In this document: piece after piece, positions 26,005 to 37,264 of the stretch
How positions within the stretch are numbered: the first letter of the stretch is position 1
Layout of the letters: the number at the start of each line of letters is the position of its first letter
DNA from: Mobula hypostoma
Lineage: Eukaryota
DNA: 64,000 nt
Direction: 5' to 3'
Assembly: GCF_963921235.1 (NCBI RefSeq)
Contig: NC_086108.1
Coordinates: forward strand, 58,716,001-58,780,000
Translations under genes and position numbers: made by a program
Notes under the pieces: model-generated
Database searches by the model: none
What the model was told of the DNA's origin: nothing
Seen by the model: only the letters and a program-made list of their open reading frames with translations

Positions 26005-26745
26005 GGCACACACACAAAATGCTGGAGGAACTCAGCAGGCCAGGCAGCATCTATGGAAAAGAGTAAACAGTCAACGTTTCAGGCCGAGACCCTTCATCAG
26101 GACTGGAAATAAAAGATGAGATGAGAGTACTGTAAGCAGGTGGGGGAGGGGAGGAAGAGTACAAGGTAGTAGGTGATAGGTGAAACTGGGAAGGGAGAGG
26201 TGAAGTAAAGAGCTAGTAAATCTATTGATAAAGAGATAAAGGGCTGGAGAAGGGAGAATCTGATAGGACAAACAGCCATGGAAGAAAGGGAAGGAGGAGG
26301 AACATCAGAGAGAGGTAATAGGCAGGTAAGGAGATAAGTTGAGAGTAGAAAATGGGAACAGGGAATGATAAAGCAGAGGAGTGTGGGGCAATTACCAGAA
26401 GTTCAAGAAATCAGTGCTTATGCCAGCAGATTGGAGGCTACCCAGACGGAACATAAAATGCTGCTCCTCCACCTGAGTGTGGCCTCATCGCAACAGTAGA
26501 GGAGGCCATGGACTATCATGTCTGAATGGGAAAGGGAAGTAGAATTAAAATGGTGGCCACCGGGGGATCGTGCTTTTTCTGGCAGACGGAGTGTAGGTGC
26601 TTGGTGAAGCAATCTCCCGATCTACATCGTGTCCCATCACTATACAGGAGGCCACACCAGGAGCACCGGATCCAGTAGATAACCCCTGGAAGGACTATTT
26701 GGGACCCTGAATGGTAGTGAGGGAGGAGGTGTTGGAGCAGGTGTA
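26005..26745 (-). mobile_element. Penelope-like 3' fragment (GIY-YIG remnant + hammerhead terminus), in PTGER3 intron 1
   Basis: GVIYWIRCSWCGLLYSDGTRCRSGDCFTKHL and GHHFNSTSLSHSDM remnants, then a CT-rich tract and the conserved terminus. Confidence 0.85.
26068..26105 (-). ncRNA. Minimal type I hammerhead ribozyme motif in a Penelope-like terminus
   Basis: Minus strand reads CAGTC CTGATGA AGG GTCTCGG CCT GAAAC GTT GACTG. Stem I CAGTC/GACTG, intact CUGAUGA and GAAA boxes, palindromic ACGT stem III, NUH cleavage triplet. Confidence 0.75.
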
Positions 26746-26854
26746 GTTTTTTTCTTTCTCTGCTTTTTCTTTCTTCATTTGGGATTAAAGTAAACCACAT
26801 ACATAGAGATATACTGGGTGTGGGGGAATGAAACATTATCATTTGAGGATTATA

Positions 26855-26990
26855 TCTATAATTCGGCATCTTCACTAATCCGGCACCATTGGGACCTGAG
26901 GAGTGCTGGATTAGTGAAGATGCCGAATTACAGAAGGATCACATTAGGCATAATCAGTGCTGGATTATTGAAGGAACCGGATTACAGGTA
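26855..26990. mobile_element. MITE-like hairpin element (Tigger/pogo-like, tentative)
   Basis: TAATTCGGCATCTTCACTAATCCGGCAC / GTGCTGGATTAGTGAAGATGCCGAATTA, plus a third degenerate repeat at ~26956-26988. Confidence 0.55.
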
Positions 26991-27242
26991 GTCAGATTAG
27001 TGATGGTCGACCTGTACTTTGCAGTTTTTGAAGTACGTTTTCAACTCCAGTGTGAAAAACATGACAGCATTCTTTTGCATGCAGAAAGATTCCACAAAGC
27101 TTTGTGTAATCAGGGCTAAATGATTTGTTTGAGATGCTGATTAGAGAATAAATACTTGCCAATACTGGTTAACTGTGGTTCTCCTTTTAAACAGTACCAT
27201 GAGATGTTTAACACCACCCTAAGAATAATAGGACCTTGATTA

Positions 27243-27890
27243 TCAGAATCAGGTTTGTGACATGAAATTTGTTAACTTAACAGCAGCGTTCAATGTAATA
27301 CATAATCTAAAAGAGAGAAAAAAAATAAAACATCATAATAAATAAACAGGTAAATCAATTACATATATTGAATAGATTTAAAAATGTGCAAAAACAGAAA
27401 TATTGTGTATTTTAAAAAAAGTAATGTAGCTTCAATGTCCATTTGGGAATCAGATGGCAGAGGGCAAGAAGTTGTTCCTGAATCACTGAGTGTGTGCCTT
27501 CAGGCTTCTGTACCTTCTACCTGACAGTAACAGTGAGAAATGGGTGCTGGAGGTCTTTAATAATGGACACTGCCCTTCACTGCTCCCTAAAGATGTCCTG
27601 GGTACTTTGTAGGCTAGTGCCCAAGATGGAGCTGACTAGATTTACAACCTTCTGCAGCTTCCTTCGGTCCCATGCAGTAGCCCTTCCATACCAGACAGTG
27701 ATGCAGCCTGTCAGAATGCTCTGCACAGTACAATAGAAGTTCTTGAGTGTATTTGTTGACATGCCAAATCTCTTCAAACTCCTAATAAAGTATAGCCACT
27801 GTCTTGCCTTCTTTATAACTACATCAATATGTTGGGATCAGGTTAGATCCTCAGAGATCCTGACACCCAGGAACTTGAAGTTGCTCTTAG
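27243..27890 (-). mobile_element. Rex1/Babar-type LINE 3' fragment
   Basis: KRFGMSTNTLKNFYCTVQSILTGCITVWYG. Confidence 0.8.
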
Positions 27891-28437
27891 ATACCTCATC
27901 CTAAAGGTTTCTCTTCCGGAAACTTAAAGTTATATCAGAACTAGTGAATGATTGTTTAGATTTGTAGAGACGAATCTCAAGAGAGGGAATTAGAAGTCAC
28001 AACTATCAATTGTGAAGAGTGCTACGAACTGACCCATGAAATAAAGTAAAAGTAAATGATTTGTGCTCTGAGCTGGTCAGGTGTGTAAAGTGTTAATTCC
28101 CATGGATATCTAATAGATTCACAGCTTTTCTGTATTTCCATCATTAGCTTAAATTAAAAAAGAGAGATAATAATCTAAGCCTACAAATGGCATAAAATAA
28201 TTGTTAATATACTGTATTTAGGAAGATACAAAGGGACACAGGAGGACAAAATGGTGCCTGAAACAATAGAAAATTGAGTTCAAAATGGAGGTTTAATCTT
28301 CTTCTAATCTGAGTCAGAGAAAGATAATTTAGAATAACTTATTTTCAGTAAAAATATACTAGCAAACATGCAGAACCTTTGAATTTCAATTTAGAATCTC
28401 AGAATCAGAATTGCCATTGTTTTCTTACTGTATACCA

Positions 28438-28542
28438 CATCGACTGTACCTCTTCCTAGAGATGCTGCCTGGCCTGCTGCGTTCACCAGCAACTTTGATG
28501 TGTGTTGCTTGAATTTCCAGCATCTGCAGAATTCCTGTTGTT
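28438..28542 (+). mobile_element. Single arm of the Penelope-terminus element inserted in a Rex1-type 3' end (host ~28390-28770, minus)
   Basis: Near-identical to 53560-53660 and to 33025-33093. Confidence 0.8.
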
Positions 28543-30407
28543 TATGGTGTGAAATTTGTTTTATGACAACTGTACATGCATACATAAAATGACTAAGAAT
28601 TACCAAATAAATAGTACAAAAATGTGATTATAAGGTAGTGTTCATGGGTTCATGGACCATTCAGAAATCTGATGACAGAGGTGAAGAAGCTGTTAATGAA
28701 TCATTGAGCATGGGTCTTCAGGCTCTTGTATGTTACACTGAAGGTAGTATTGAGAAGAGGACATTGCAAATTGATCATTAAAATGGCATCAAAGATTGAT
28801 CATATCAGTAATTACTCTTTCAACATCAACAAGGTATAACAGCAAATTATAGATTCCACACAATTGTATAGTCACACACCACTGCATGAAACACTAGAAT
28901 AACTATGCAATTAGCAAAATACTTGATTTTAGTGAGATGAAGGTTAATTTGTATCTCATTCCAATCATCTCTAAACCCTTTGCCAGCAAAATATATTTAC
29001 ACTTTCTTGACTGAGAACTATCAATTCCTATGAAGTTAATTAATCTCAATCAAATGAACCTTCTCATCTGGAAAAGCCAAGGCCAGTTTTTGTAATTGCT
29101 CAACCTAATAGATGAAACCCTCATAATATGTGGTGAGTCTGCATATATTCAATGCCAATATGTCCCAAGATAGTCGTAAGAATTACAATATCTCAAGCAT
29201 ATATAATTTCATTCGCTTTTGACCTAGCCCTGCAATGTTTTTATTAATTTGTGGACCTAATCACATCTACATTAAACAGCAAACACATTTACTTCAGAAG
29301 AGCTTTGGCATCGTGTCTTCTTCACCAGACCACAGATTGGTTTATAACAAGTTTTCGTTTGAATGAAAACGATAGCCAGGAAAAGGCAGACCATTGGCAT
29401 CTATTTCAAAGGGTCACCCACACCAACCTACTATCTGAGTGAAGGCCCATCTCCTTGCCCACCAGCCCTGTTTCTTCTCGGTGCGAAAGGTCGCAGATTC
29501 CTATCACTCCCGCCTGCACAGCTCGACGTTCACAGATATCTGGTAAGGGGCAGCAGGCTGTGAGCTACGGGTGGGTCTCAGACAGAATATTTCGATACTT
29601 GCTGGCAGTATCGGATGGTGCGCCGACCCGTCGAAAACCTGCCTGAATAACTGTTCAAAAGAATGAATTTTTAAACAAAACTATTTGAATCTCATTTACA
29701 ATCTTAACGCCGAACAAATAATTTAAAACAGTAAATACTGTATAATAAAATAAAATAAGGGAAGTATTTATCTATAAGCGACCCGACTTAAGTGCGAATA
29801 TCTGGAAGCCCAAGACGTCCAGGACCGACCACAGCTAGCAGCCCAATTTCGCTCACTGGCCGGCCGGCATTTGGTCACCACTATTTGCCTTGTAAATTGC
29901 CCTTCCCTTCCCAAATTATGACCGACTTGCTGGGCAGTTCCCGCATCTCAAATCTAAAATTTCCTTTTAGATTAACCTAGTAAAACGTCTGAGAACAAAC
30001 TAACACTATAAAAATATAACTGGCCCAAAACAATGTGTGTGTCCCTTACATCCACGTTACCTAACTATCATCAGAACCTGTTACTTGTTAGTCTAATTTT
30101 GACTTCAATCCATCCAATTCAAGGTGTCATAATTAATCATTGCGGGAGCACGTGACAGGTTCTAGGGTAAATAATTTGCTCCTGAATCCCCTTTATTTTG
30201 CATTAGTCTCTATCTTGAATAAATATCCCCGTCTTTTCTATCAAATCCTTTCAAAATCTTAATATTTTGTAGCTCACGACTCATCTCGTCATTTTTAGAT
30301 GACAGTGGCAGTCCGTACCCCTCTACGGACAGGCACAACGTGGTAGCTCCGGTAACTTCCGGAACAACTACTCAGTATTGGATCTGCATTAACTCAGAGC
30401 GGACACA

Positions 30408-30953
30408 TACTCGGTGCCCTCCCGTACCTAATAAAGTGGCCCCTGAATGTATGTTTGTGGTCTTCTGCTGCTCTAGCTCATTCATTTTTAAGGTTCAGCA
30501 CGTTGTGTGTATAGAGATGCTCCGCTGGTGTAACGCGTTTGAGCTCCTGTCGCCTTCCTGTCGGCTTGAACCATTAATAAAGGGTTTTCACTCACAGAAC
30601 TGCAGCTCACTGGACTTTTATTTTGTTTTTCGAACCATTCTCTGTAAACTCTAAGAGACTGTTGTGTGTCAAATCCCCCGGGATCAATAAAGTATGACTA
30701 TGACTATGAAAATCCCAGGAAATCAGTAGTTTCTGAGGTACCCTAACCACCCGTCTAGCACCACCAACCATTCCACGGTCAAAATCACTTGGATTACATT
30801 TCTTCCCTGTTGTGAGGCTTGGTAACAACAACTGAATCTGTTGTTCATGCTTGTTACTTTTATGCATTGAGTTGCTGCCACGTGATTGGCTGATTAAATA
30901 TTTGCATTAATGAACAGGTGTACAAGTGTACCTAATATAGTAGCCAGAGTGTA
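30408..30953. mobile_element. Tc1/mariner-derived non-autonomous element in PTGER3 intron 1
   Basis: GTACCTAATAAAGTGGCC and GTACCTAATATAGTAGCCAGAGTGTA motifs. Homologous to 5507-6012. Confidence 0.7.
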
Positions 30954-31505
30954 TTTAGGAGCGTAAATCACATCAACGTGACAAGTGTGAAAACGATGAA
31001 GATATTATACTTCTATGTGGGTTTATCAATTGTATGCTTTTGTTGAGTTGATATTTACAAAGCTGATATCCCCCCCCCCAACACACACACACACATCGAC
31101 ATTTTATGTTCGCATGCTTCATTTATTCAAAGTCTTTAGTCTGATCCTGCTGATGCACGGAAGGGACAAAAAGTTAATTTCTGTACCGCACATGCCGTCA
31201 CAATAATGTCGCATTCAAAATAACATATCGAGAAGAACTAAAATGCAAACTCGCTTTTGATAACAGGCGAATAACTAAGCGGAAAAATATCACTTCCTTT
31301 TAAGACCACATTATCTACAAAAGACATTTTGCAAAATGAATTTGGTTGATATTAAGACATACGATGTGCCAATTGGCCCAATTCTGGTCCTTTGGTCTTA
31401 AGGTTAGAAATCCTGGCAGCCGGTGTTGGCTGGACCTTGCCCACTTCTGAACACTAATAAAAATTGTTCTGTAAGGTATTCTCAACGAGGGTTCAATTTA
31501 CTCAC

Positions 31506-32297
31506 CAAGAGAGGCGACCAGCAAACAGAGAGCACACACATGATCCCCGATAGCTGGATCAGTGTTTCCACTGCGATTCTTTCCCATTGCTTATTGGAGG
31601 ACGGCACCTTCTTCCTACAGCGAATTACCAGACCTCGGATTGTAGCGAAGTTGCAGACGAGTGTGACCAGCAAGGAAATGATCCCCAGCAGAGTGAATGC
31701 CGAAGCAAAAAAGTTGATGCCCACGGCAGGCTTTCCAATATCGATGAAACACCAAGTACCCGGCCACTGTAGGGTGTACTGCCCAACGCCAACGACCGGC
31801 AGCAGGGCAAAGATCACTACGGCGAACCAGATGGAAAACACCACCAGCTTGGTGAGCCTGGTTGACACGTGGTTGGAATAATAGTGGGGTGCATAGATGG
31901 CCAACGTCCTCTCAATCGCCATAGCATTAGCTAGAAATAAGGGGCAGAGCCCAAACATGGTCATGCATGCGCCGAAGTAAGCGCACAAGTTACCCGATGT
32001 GTCCACTCTACTCCACTGCCGGTTGGCTAGATACACTGAAATGACGACGGGACTAATGAGAAGTTTGCCGCTCAGGTCGGTTAGAGCCAGGGCTCCAATA
32101 ATTATCAAGAAAGACTTCTTCTTCTTGTTCCCCTTCTTGTGATAGGACCTGTACGCTAGGAGCAAGGCAAGCGTGTTGCCCAAGATGCCCGTGACCATCA
32201 TGATGACCGGGAAGGCGATAGACACCGAAGTACATTGTTCAGACCCTGGCAGGGAATTGTTGCTGCTCCCGGAGCTGAGGTTAGTGTTGTTCCACAT
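31506..32297 (-). CDS. PTGER3: Prostaglandin E2 receptor EP3, coding exon 1 (264 codons, TM1-TM6)
   Basis: ORF 31482..32297 encodes a class A GPCR with prostanoid motifs (GILGNTLAL, LALTDL, MAIERT, ECL2 QWPGTWCF, CWSPLL). ATG at 32295-32297 has A at -3. Donor TTG|GTGAGT at 31505 is phase 0, at the TM6 intron position typical of prostanoid receptors. Confidence 0.95.
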
Positions 32298-32700
32298 CCT
32301 GCACTCTCCACAGGTCCACTGGCTGCGATGAGTAGAGATGTGCGGGGCAAAGTGAGATCATCACCGCGTGGAGGGGCTGAGCACAAGAGACATTTTCACA
32401 ACCCGCTTCACTCCTGTCGGCGAGCAGTACGGCTGAAATCTGGCAGTTCCTCAACCAATGAATTTAGTATTCGCTTCAGGGTTGCTTACGGCGAAGAGGC
32501 ATGCTCACCAACCACGCCAATCGTGTCTCGATCGATCAGAGATCAGACCAGCCATCGCTAGCTGGAGGAGTAGGGGGAAGGGAGGGCTGGGTTAGATCAA
32601 AATAGTGTATATATATACACACACACACACATATATTACACGCATATCAGTTTTAAAGTGTGAAGAGCTTCGAAATTATTTCTTTCAAATGCACTTACGA
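32298..32700 (-). promoter_or_regulatory. PTGER3 5'UTR/proximal promoter, CpG-rich
   Basis: Visibly CpG-enriched and continuous with exon 1. CCAAT motifs near 32455 and 32517. (TA)n(CA)n tract at ~32607-32635. TSS not determinable. Confidence 0.55.
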
Positions 32701-32945
32701 ATTTAAGACCAGACTAATCGTAAACAGTAGAACGCTGTATAAAATCCGATAGATGGTTCTGTAGCATTCCTGACGCATGTCGTTATTGGTTATTATAAAA
32801 TCTGGTGCTTTCTGATACAATAGTTTAGTTCTTTGGCGCATAGTTTGCGATTCTAAACATGGAGATGATTGCTTGGGTCCCGCTGTTGTGATTGTACGGC
32901 TACAATGCACTGATTTAAGAAGGAAAAAAAAAGCCCGAAGGACTT

Positions 32946-33092
32946 TAACAACAGGAATTCTGCAGATGCTGCAAATTCAAGCAACACACATCAAAGTTGC
33001 TGGTGAAGGGTCTCGGCCTGAAACGTCGACTGTACCTCTTCCTACAGATGCTGCCTGGCCTGCTGCGTTCACCAGCAACTTTGACGTGTGTT
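32946..33092. mobile_element. Fold-back Penelope-terminus element with 13-bp TSD, upstream of PTGER3
   Basis: Same arm sequence as 53454-53673. TSD GCCCGAAGGACTT at 32933-32945 and 33093-33105. Contains GGGTCTCGGCCTGAAACGTCGACTG. Confidence 0.85.
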
Positions 33093-33526
33093 GCCCGAAG
33101 GACTTCTTTAGTTTTTGTCCAATATAGACGAAAGCAGAACGTGAAGCATTTACTTCAGCGAAAAGTCAAGGTCGATCGATGATGCTCGTTCTCTTATAAG
33201 ATAAAACTGCCCCCGTAATTTTGGTAAATTGGTTTATTATTGTTACATAAACCGAGATACAGCGAAAACAAAACGTCTCTTGCGTACCGTTCAATACAAT
33301 ACAAGGTGCATTGAGGTAGCGAGAAGTCAAACAATAGAGAATAAAGTGCTACAGTACAGTGAGGTGTAAAGCCACAACTAAGCAGACTGTGAGATCAAGA
33401 GTTCATTCTTATATTCTCGGAAATCTTCAGTAGTCTTAGGGCAACGGGATGGAAGCTGCCTTTGATCCTCGTGTACGTGCTTTCCGGCATTTGTATCTTC
33501 TGCCTAACGGGAGTGGGAAGAAGTGA

Positions 33527-33660
33527 GAAACAGGGAAAGCTTGCAGGTGCTGGAAATCGAAGCAATACACACGCAGAGTGCCGGAGGATCTCAGCAGGCC
33601 AGGCAGCATCTATGGAAAAGAGTACAGTCGAGGTTTCGAGCCGAGACTCGTCATCAGGAC
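33527..33660 (-). mobile_element. Penelope-like terminus fragment
   Basis: TGCAGGTGCTGGAAATC...GGCAGCATCTATGGAAAAGAGTACAGTCG followed by the hammerhead motif. Confidence 0.75.
33625..33660 (-). ncRNA. Minimal hammerhead motif, variant copy
   Basis: Minus strand reads GTC CTGATGA C GAG TCTCGG CTC GAAAC CTC GACTG. Stem II is GAG/CTC instead of GGG/CCC. The stem III palindrome is broken. Confidence 0.6.
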
Positions 33661-33929
33661 AAAATGTCCCGGGTGGATGGGGGCACGTTGGCTGCTTTAC
33701 CGAAGTAGTGAGAAGAGTAGGCAGAGTACATGTAGGGGAGGCTGGTTTCCCTGCGGTGCTGAGCTGTGCCCACAACTCTACAGTTTCTAGTAGCCGCACC
33801 CGTGACACATCCGAAAGCCTTTCATGCAGTCATTGACAGAAAAACCCGATGAGATCAGAGAGAACATGCCAAATGTCTTTAGCCTCCGAGGAAGTAGTCA
33901 ATGGTGAGCTTTCTTGGCCATGCTGACAA

Positions 33930-34558
33930 TGGGGAAAATAAATGCAATATTAGCATTCATTTTGAGAGAACTAGAATACAAAAGCAAGGGTGTAATGCCG
34001 AGGCTTTACTCCAAGCCCACACTTGGAGTATTGTGAGCAATGTTGTGCCCCATATCTAAGAAAGGATGTGCCTGCGTTGGGGAGGGTCCAGAAGAGAATT
34101 AACCCAGGCATGAAAGTGTTAACATTTGAGGAGCATTGATGGTTCTGGTCCTGTCTTCGCTGGAGTTTAGAATAATGAAGGGGTCTCTCATTGAAACTTA
34201 TCAAATATAGTAAAGCCAGTATAGAGTGGACATGGAGAGGATGTTTCCAATAGCAGGGGAGTTTGGTACTAGAAGGCACAGCCTCAGAATACAAGGACAT
34301 TCCTTTAAAACAGAGAGGAGGAATTTCTTCAGCTAGAGGTAATGAATCTGTGGAATTCATTGCCAAGATGACTGTAGAGACCAAGTCATTGGGTATATTT
34401 AAAGTGGAAGATGATAAGATTTTGATTAATCAGGGCATCAAAGTATGTGGTGAGACGGCAGGATAATGGGGGTTGAGAGAGATAATAAATCAGCCATGAT
34501 GAATGGTGGAGCAGGCCTGATGGGTCAAATGGCTTAATTCTGCTCCTCTTATCTTATA
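33930..34558 (+). mobile_element. CR1 3' fragment
   Basis: NAILAFI...PHLEYCEQ plus 3'UTR. Confidence 0.8.
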
Positions 34559-34580
34559 GTGGCTGGACCAGGGCAGACTA

Positions 34581-35921
34581 TGTCATGGTCCGGATCGGGG
34601 TCCCTTCAAATTTACTTTGTTTATGTTACGATCCGGACCGTTGACTCCCTGTTTCCCTTTGGTTCCCTGTTTTCCCGTGTCCCTCGGCCTTGGTGATTGA
34701 AGGCAATTTACTCCCGGCTGAACCGGTAGTTTATAGTCTCCGGCTTTCAGCTGTTCAGCGCGAGAGCGTCTGCAAAGTCATCAAAGGTACGGTGTGCCGA
34801 TGTCATCTGGCCGGAGCAAGCCTTGTCTCCGCCCGAAGCGAGTGCCGGTAATTCGCCCCTCTCCTCACCGGAGCAACCCTGTCAAGTTACCTCGCTAAAG
34901 CGAGCCTGCAAAGTTTCCTCACCGACATGGGTCTGTCAGTTAATCCGTCGGAGGGAATCAAGAACCGCTGTTTACTGTTCCCGGGCCGAGTTGAGAGCTC
35001 GCCACTACCCGGAGGCTCCAAGTCAAGTCCCGTCCCTGGCAGCATCCACGTACCAAGTTAAGTCCCTACCCTGGTGGTCTGTGATTCCTGTCCTACCCCC
35101 GTGTCTGAATCCCTTCTCTGCCCCTCTTGCCTCTAGCCCTTGTCTGCAGGCCTCGCCTGCACTTCGGTCTAGTTCTATCGCTGGAGCTAGATAGGTACTG
35201 TCTGGTGTTCTTTCGTGTTGGTCTTGTCTTGTCCTCGCCTCCATGGAGTAAGTCTGGCTGTCTTGCCGTTGCCCCGCAGAGGGTCATGTCTTGTCTTGTC
35301 TTGTCCTCGCCTCTGTGGGGTAAGTCTGGCCATCTTGCTGTTGCCCCACGGGGGGTCATGTCTTGTCTTGTCCTTGCCTCCGTGGGGTAAGTCAGGCCGT
35401 CTTGCTGTTGCCCTGCGGGGGTCATGAGTCCTGGCCCTATGTCCTGTTCCTAAGGAAGGGTCCCAGCTCTCTGTTCTGTGTGAGAGTCCCAGCCCTATGG
35501 CCTGTACCCAAGGGGTCTCGACTCTGTGTTCTGTGTATGTGTCCATGGTTCCATGTAGCTGCTCTCCTGAGACTGAGGCTCTGTTTTTCCATGTTCCTCC
35601 TCTCCCTAGCCCATGTCATGTCCATGCTGGTTCTGGGGTCTGAGCCCGAGGCAAGACTGAGGTTCTGGGTCTTTGCCAGTCCCTGGCTTGGAGTCCATAC
35701 CGTAGCCTCTTCATGTTGCCTCTAGCTCTGGGATCCGATTCTGAGCCCTAGCCCAGACCCTTGTCCCAGCCTAGTCGTAGTCCTGAGTCCTTGTCCAATT
35801 TGCTACTCCTGCTTCTGCTTTGCTCTCCTGGTATCAAACAATGAACTCAATTTAATTAACCTCACAAGATGAGTCTTGCATTTGGATCCACCCTTGCTCC
35901 CAATGCCCCACCATTGTGACA
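34581..35921 (+). mobile_element. Solo LTR (1341 bp) with 5-bp TSD
   Basis: Termini TGTCA...TGACA. TSD GACTA at 34576-34580 and 35922-35926. Three ~70-bp internal repeats at 35221-35426. Orientation tentative. Confidence 0.85.
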
Positions 35922-36170
35922 GACTATGTGTAATGTTCATTCTCAAGAATTTGAAACTCTCAACCTTCTTGACTTAAGGACGGTTAACATGCTAATATGA
36001 GCATGTGCTCTGCCCCCTTCTGAAGTCATTGCTTGGCTTTTTGCTGATATTAAAGACAGATTGTTGTTATGACACCATGCCACTAGGCTGTCTATCTCCT
36101 TCCTGTACTGAAACTCAGGTTATTTGAGATTTTGTCCCATTATGGTGGTACCATCTGGAAACCTGCATAT

Positions 36171-36247
36171 CAGGGGTTCCCAACCTTTATGCCATGGACC
36201 AACACCATTAAGCAAGGGGTCTGTGAACCCCAGAATGGGAACCCCTG
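36171..36247. mobile_element. hAT-type MITE (77 bp)
   Basis: TIRs CAGGGGTTCCCA / TGGGAACCCCTG. Flanks are compatible with a diverged 8-bp TSD. Confidence 0.75.
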
Positions 36248-37264
36248 TTGTGGATGTAGTAAGAGCAGAATCAGGCCAAGCAGTCACGAGTGTATGAGTA
36301 AGCAGTTGTTTATACAGTCGTGTGGGCTGCCTATCCCTGTGGTGGCGTGTTGGTCAGGAAGTGGTGGTAATGCACCACTAAGCTGGGTGCAAACTGCCGT
36401 AAAACAAGACGGAGAAGAAGGAGGTCAGGAAGTCAAGGATCTAATTTCAGAGAAGTGAGGGGTCTAATAGTTTGGGGATGAGATTGTTTGAAATTGAAGG
36501 CAGGGCTGTAGTCACTAATCATTAGTCTAAAGTACTGTAGGTATCTTTACTAAGCCTGTGCTACACAGATGAGTGCTGAGCCAGGGAAGTGGCATTAACC
36601 ACAGACCAGCTTTTGCAGAAGGTGAATTGCTGTGGGTTAAGGTTGTCTGTGAGACCAGAGTTAATGTGTGTTATGACCTGTCTCTCAAAGCACCTCATAA
36701 TGATGGATGTCAGAGCTACAGGGTGGTAGTCATTAAGGCACATTATCTTGGTACCGGGATGATTGTGGTCTTCTTAAAGCAGGTGCGATGTCTGTACACA
36801 TCCATGCTAGCTGATCTAGGACACAGGATCTAAGTACGTGACCAGAGACACCATCTGGGCCAAATAATTTCCGGAGGTTCACACACTGAGGACTGATCAT
36901 GCATTCACAATAGAGACTGTGCATTCAGGTACATTGGAGGCTGACAAGGTGGATGATGCCATTTTAATCCTTTCCTGTTCAAAATGTACACAGAATGCAT
37001 GAAGCTCACTGAGAATAGAATTCTGTTGTTGATGTTGGTGCCCTTCATTTTGGAGTCTTTTACAGCATCTAAAACCTACCTGGGAGGTGCTGATCCAGGA
37101 CACTATTTTGGACTGGTATTGTCTTTTGGCATCGAGTTAGAAGTCGTATCTTGATTTCTCACAAACATCAGGATAATCTGATTTGAACGCTGCAGCCCTA
37201 GACATCAATAGGTAGTGAATCGCCTGGTTCATTCATTGTTTCTGACTTGAAACCTCTCACTTTG

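Larger units (their letters stand above)
33220..37260 (-). mobile_element. Old Rex1/Babar-type LINE split by four later insertions
   Basis: Pieces CLNDYHPVALTSIIMRCFER and GPDGVSG. Host sequence resumes across insertions at 33527, 33930, 34581 and 36171. Confidence 0.7.

Noticed and set aside
31423..32561. Plus-strand ORFs over PTGER3 exon 1
   Set aside because: Antisense shadows in GC-rich coding DNA with no recognisable domain.
35221..35426. CRISPR-like array or repetitive protein ORFs
   Set aside because: Plain tandem repeats without unique spacers, inside an LTR in a eukaryotic context.
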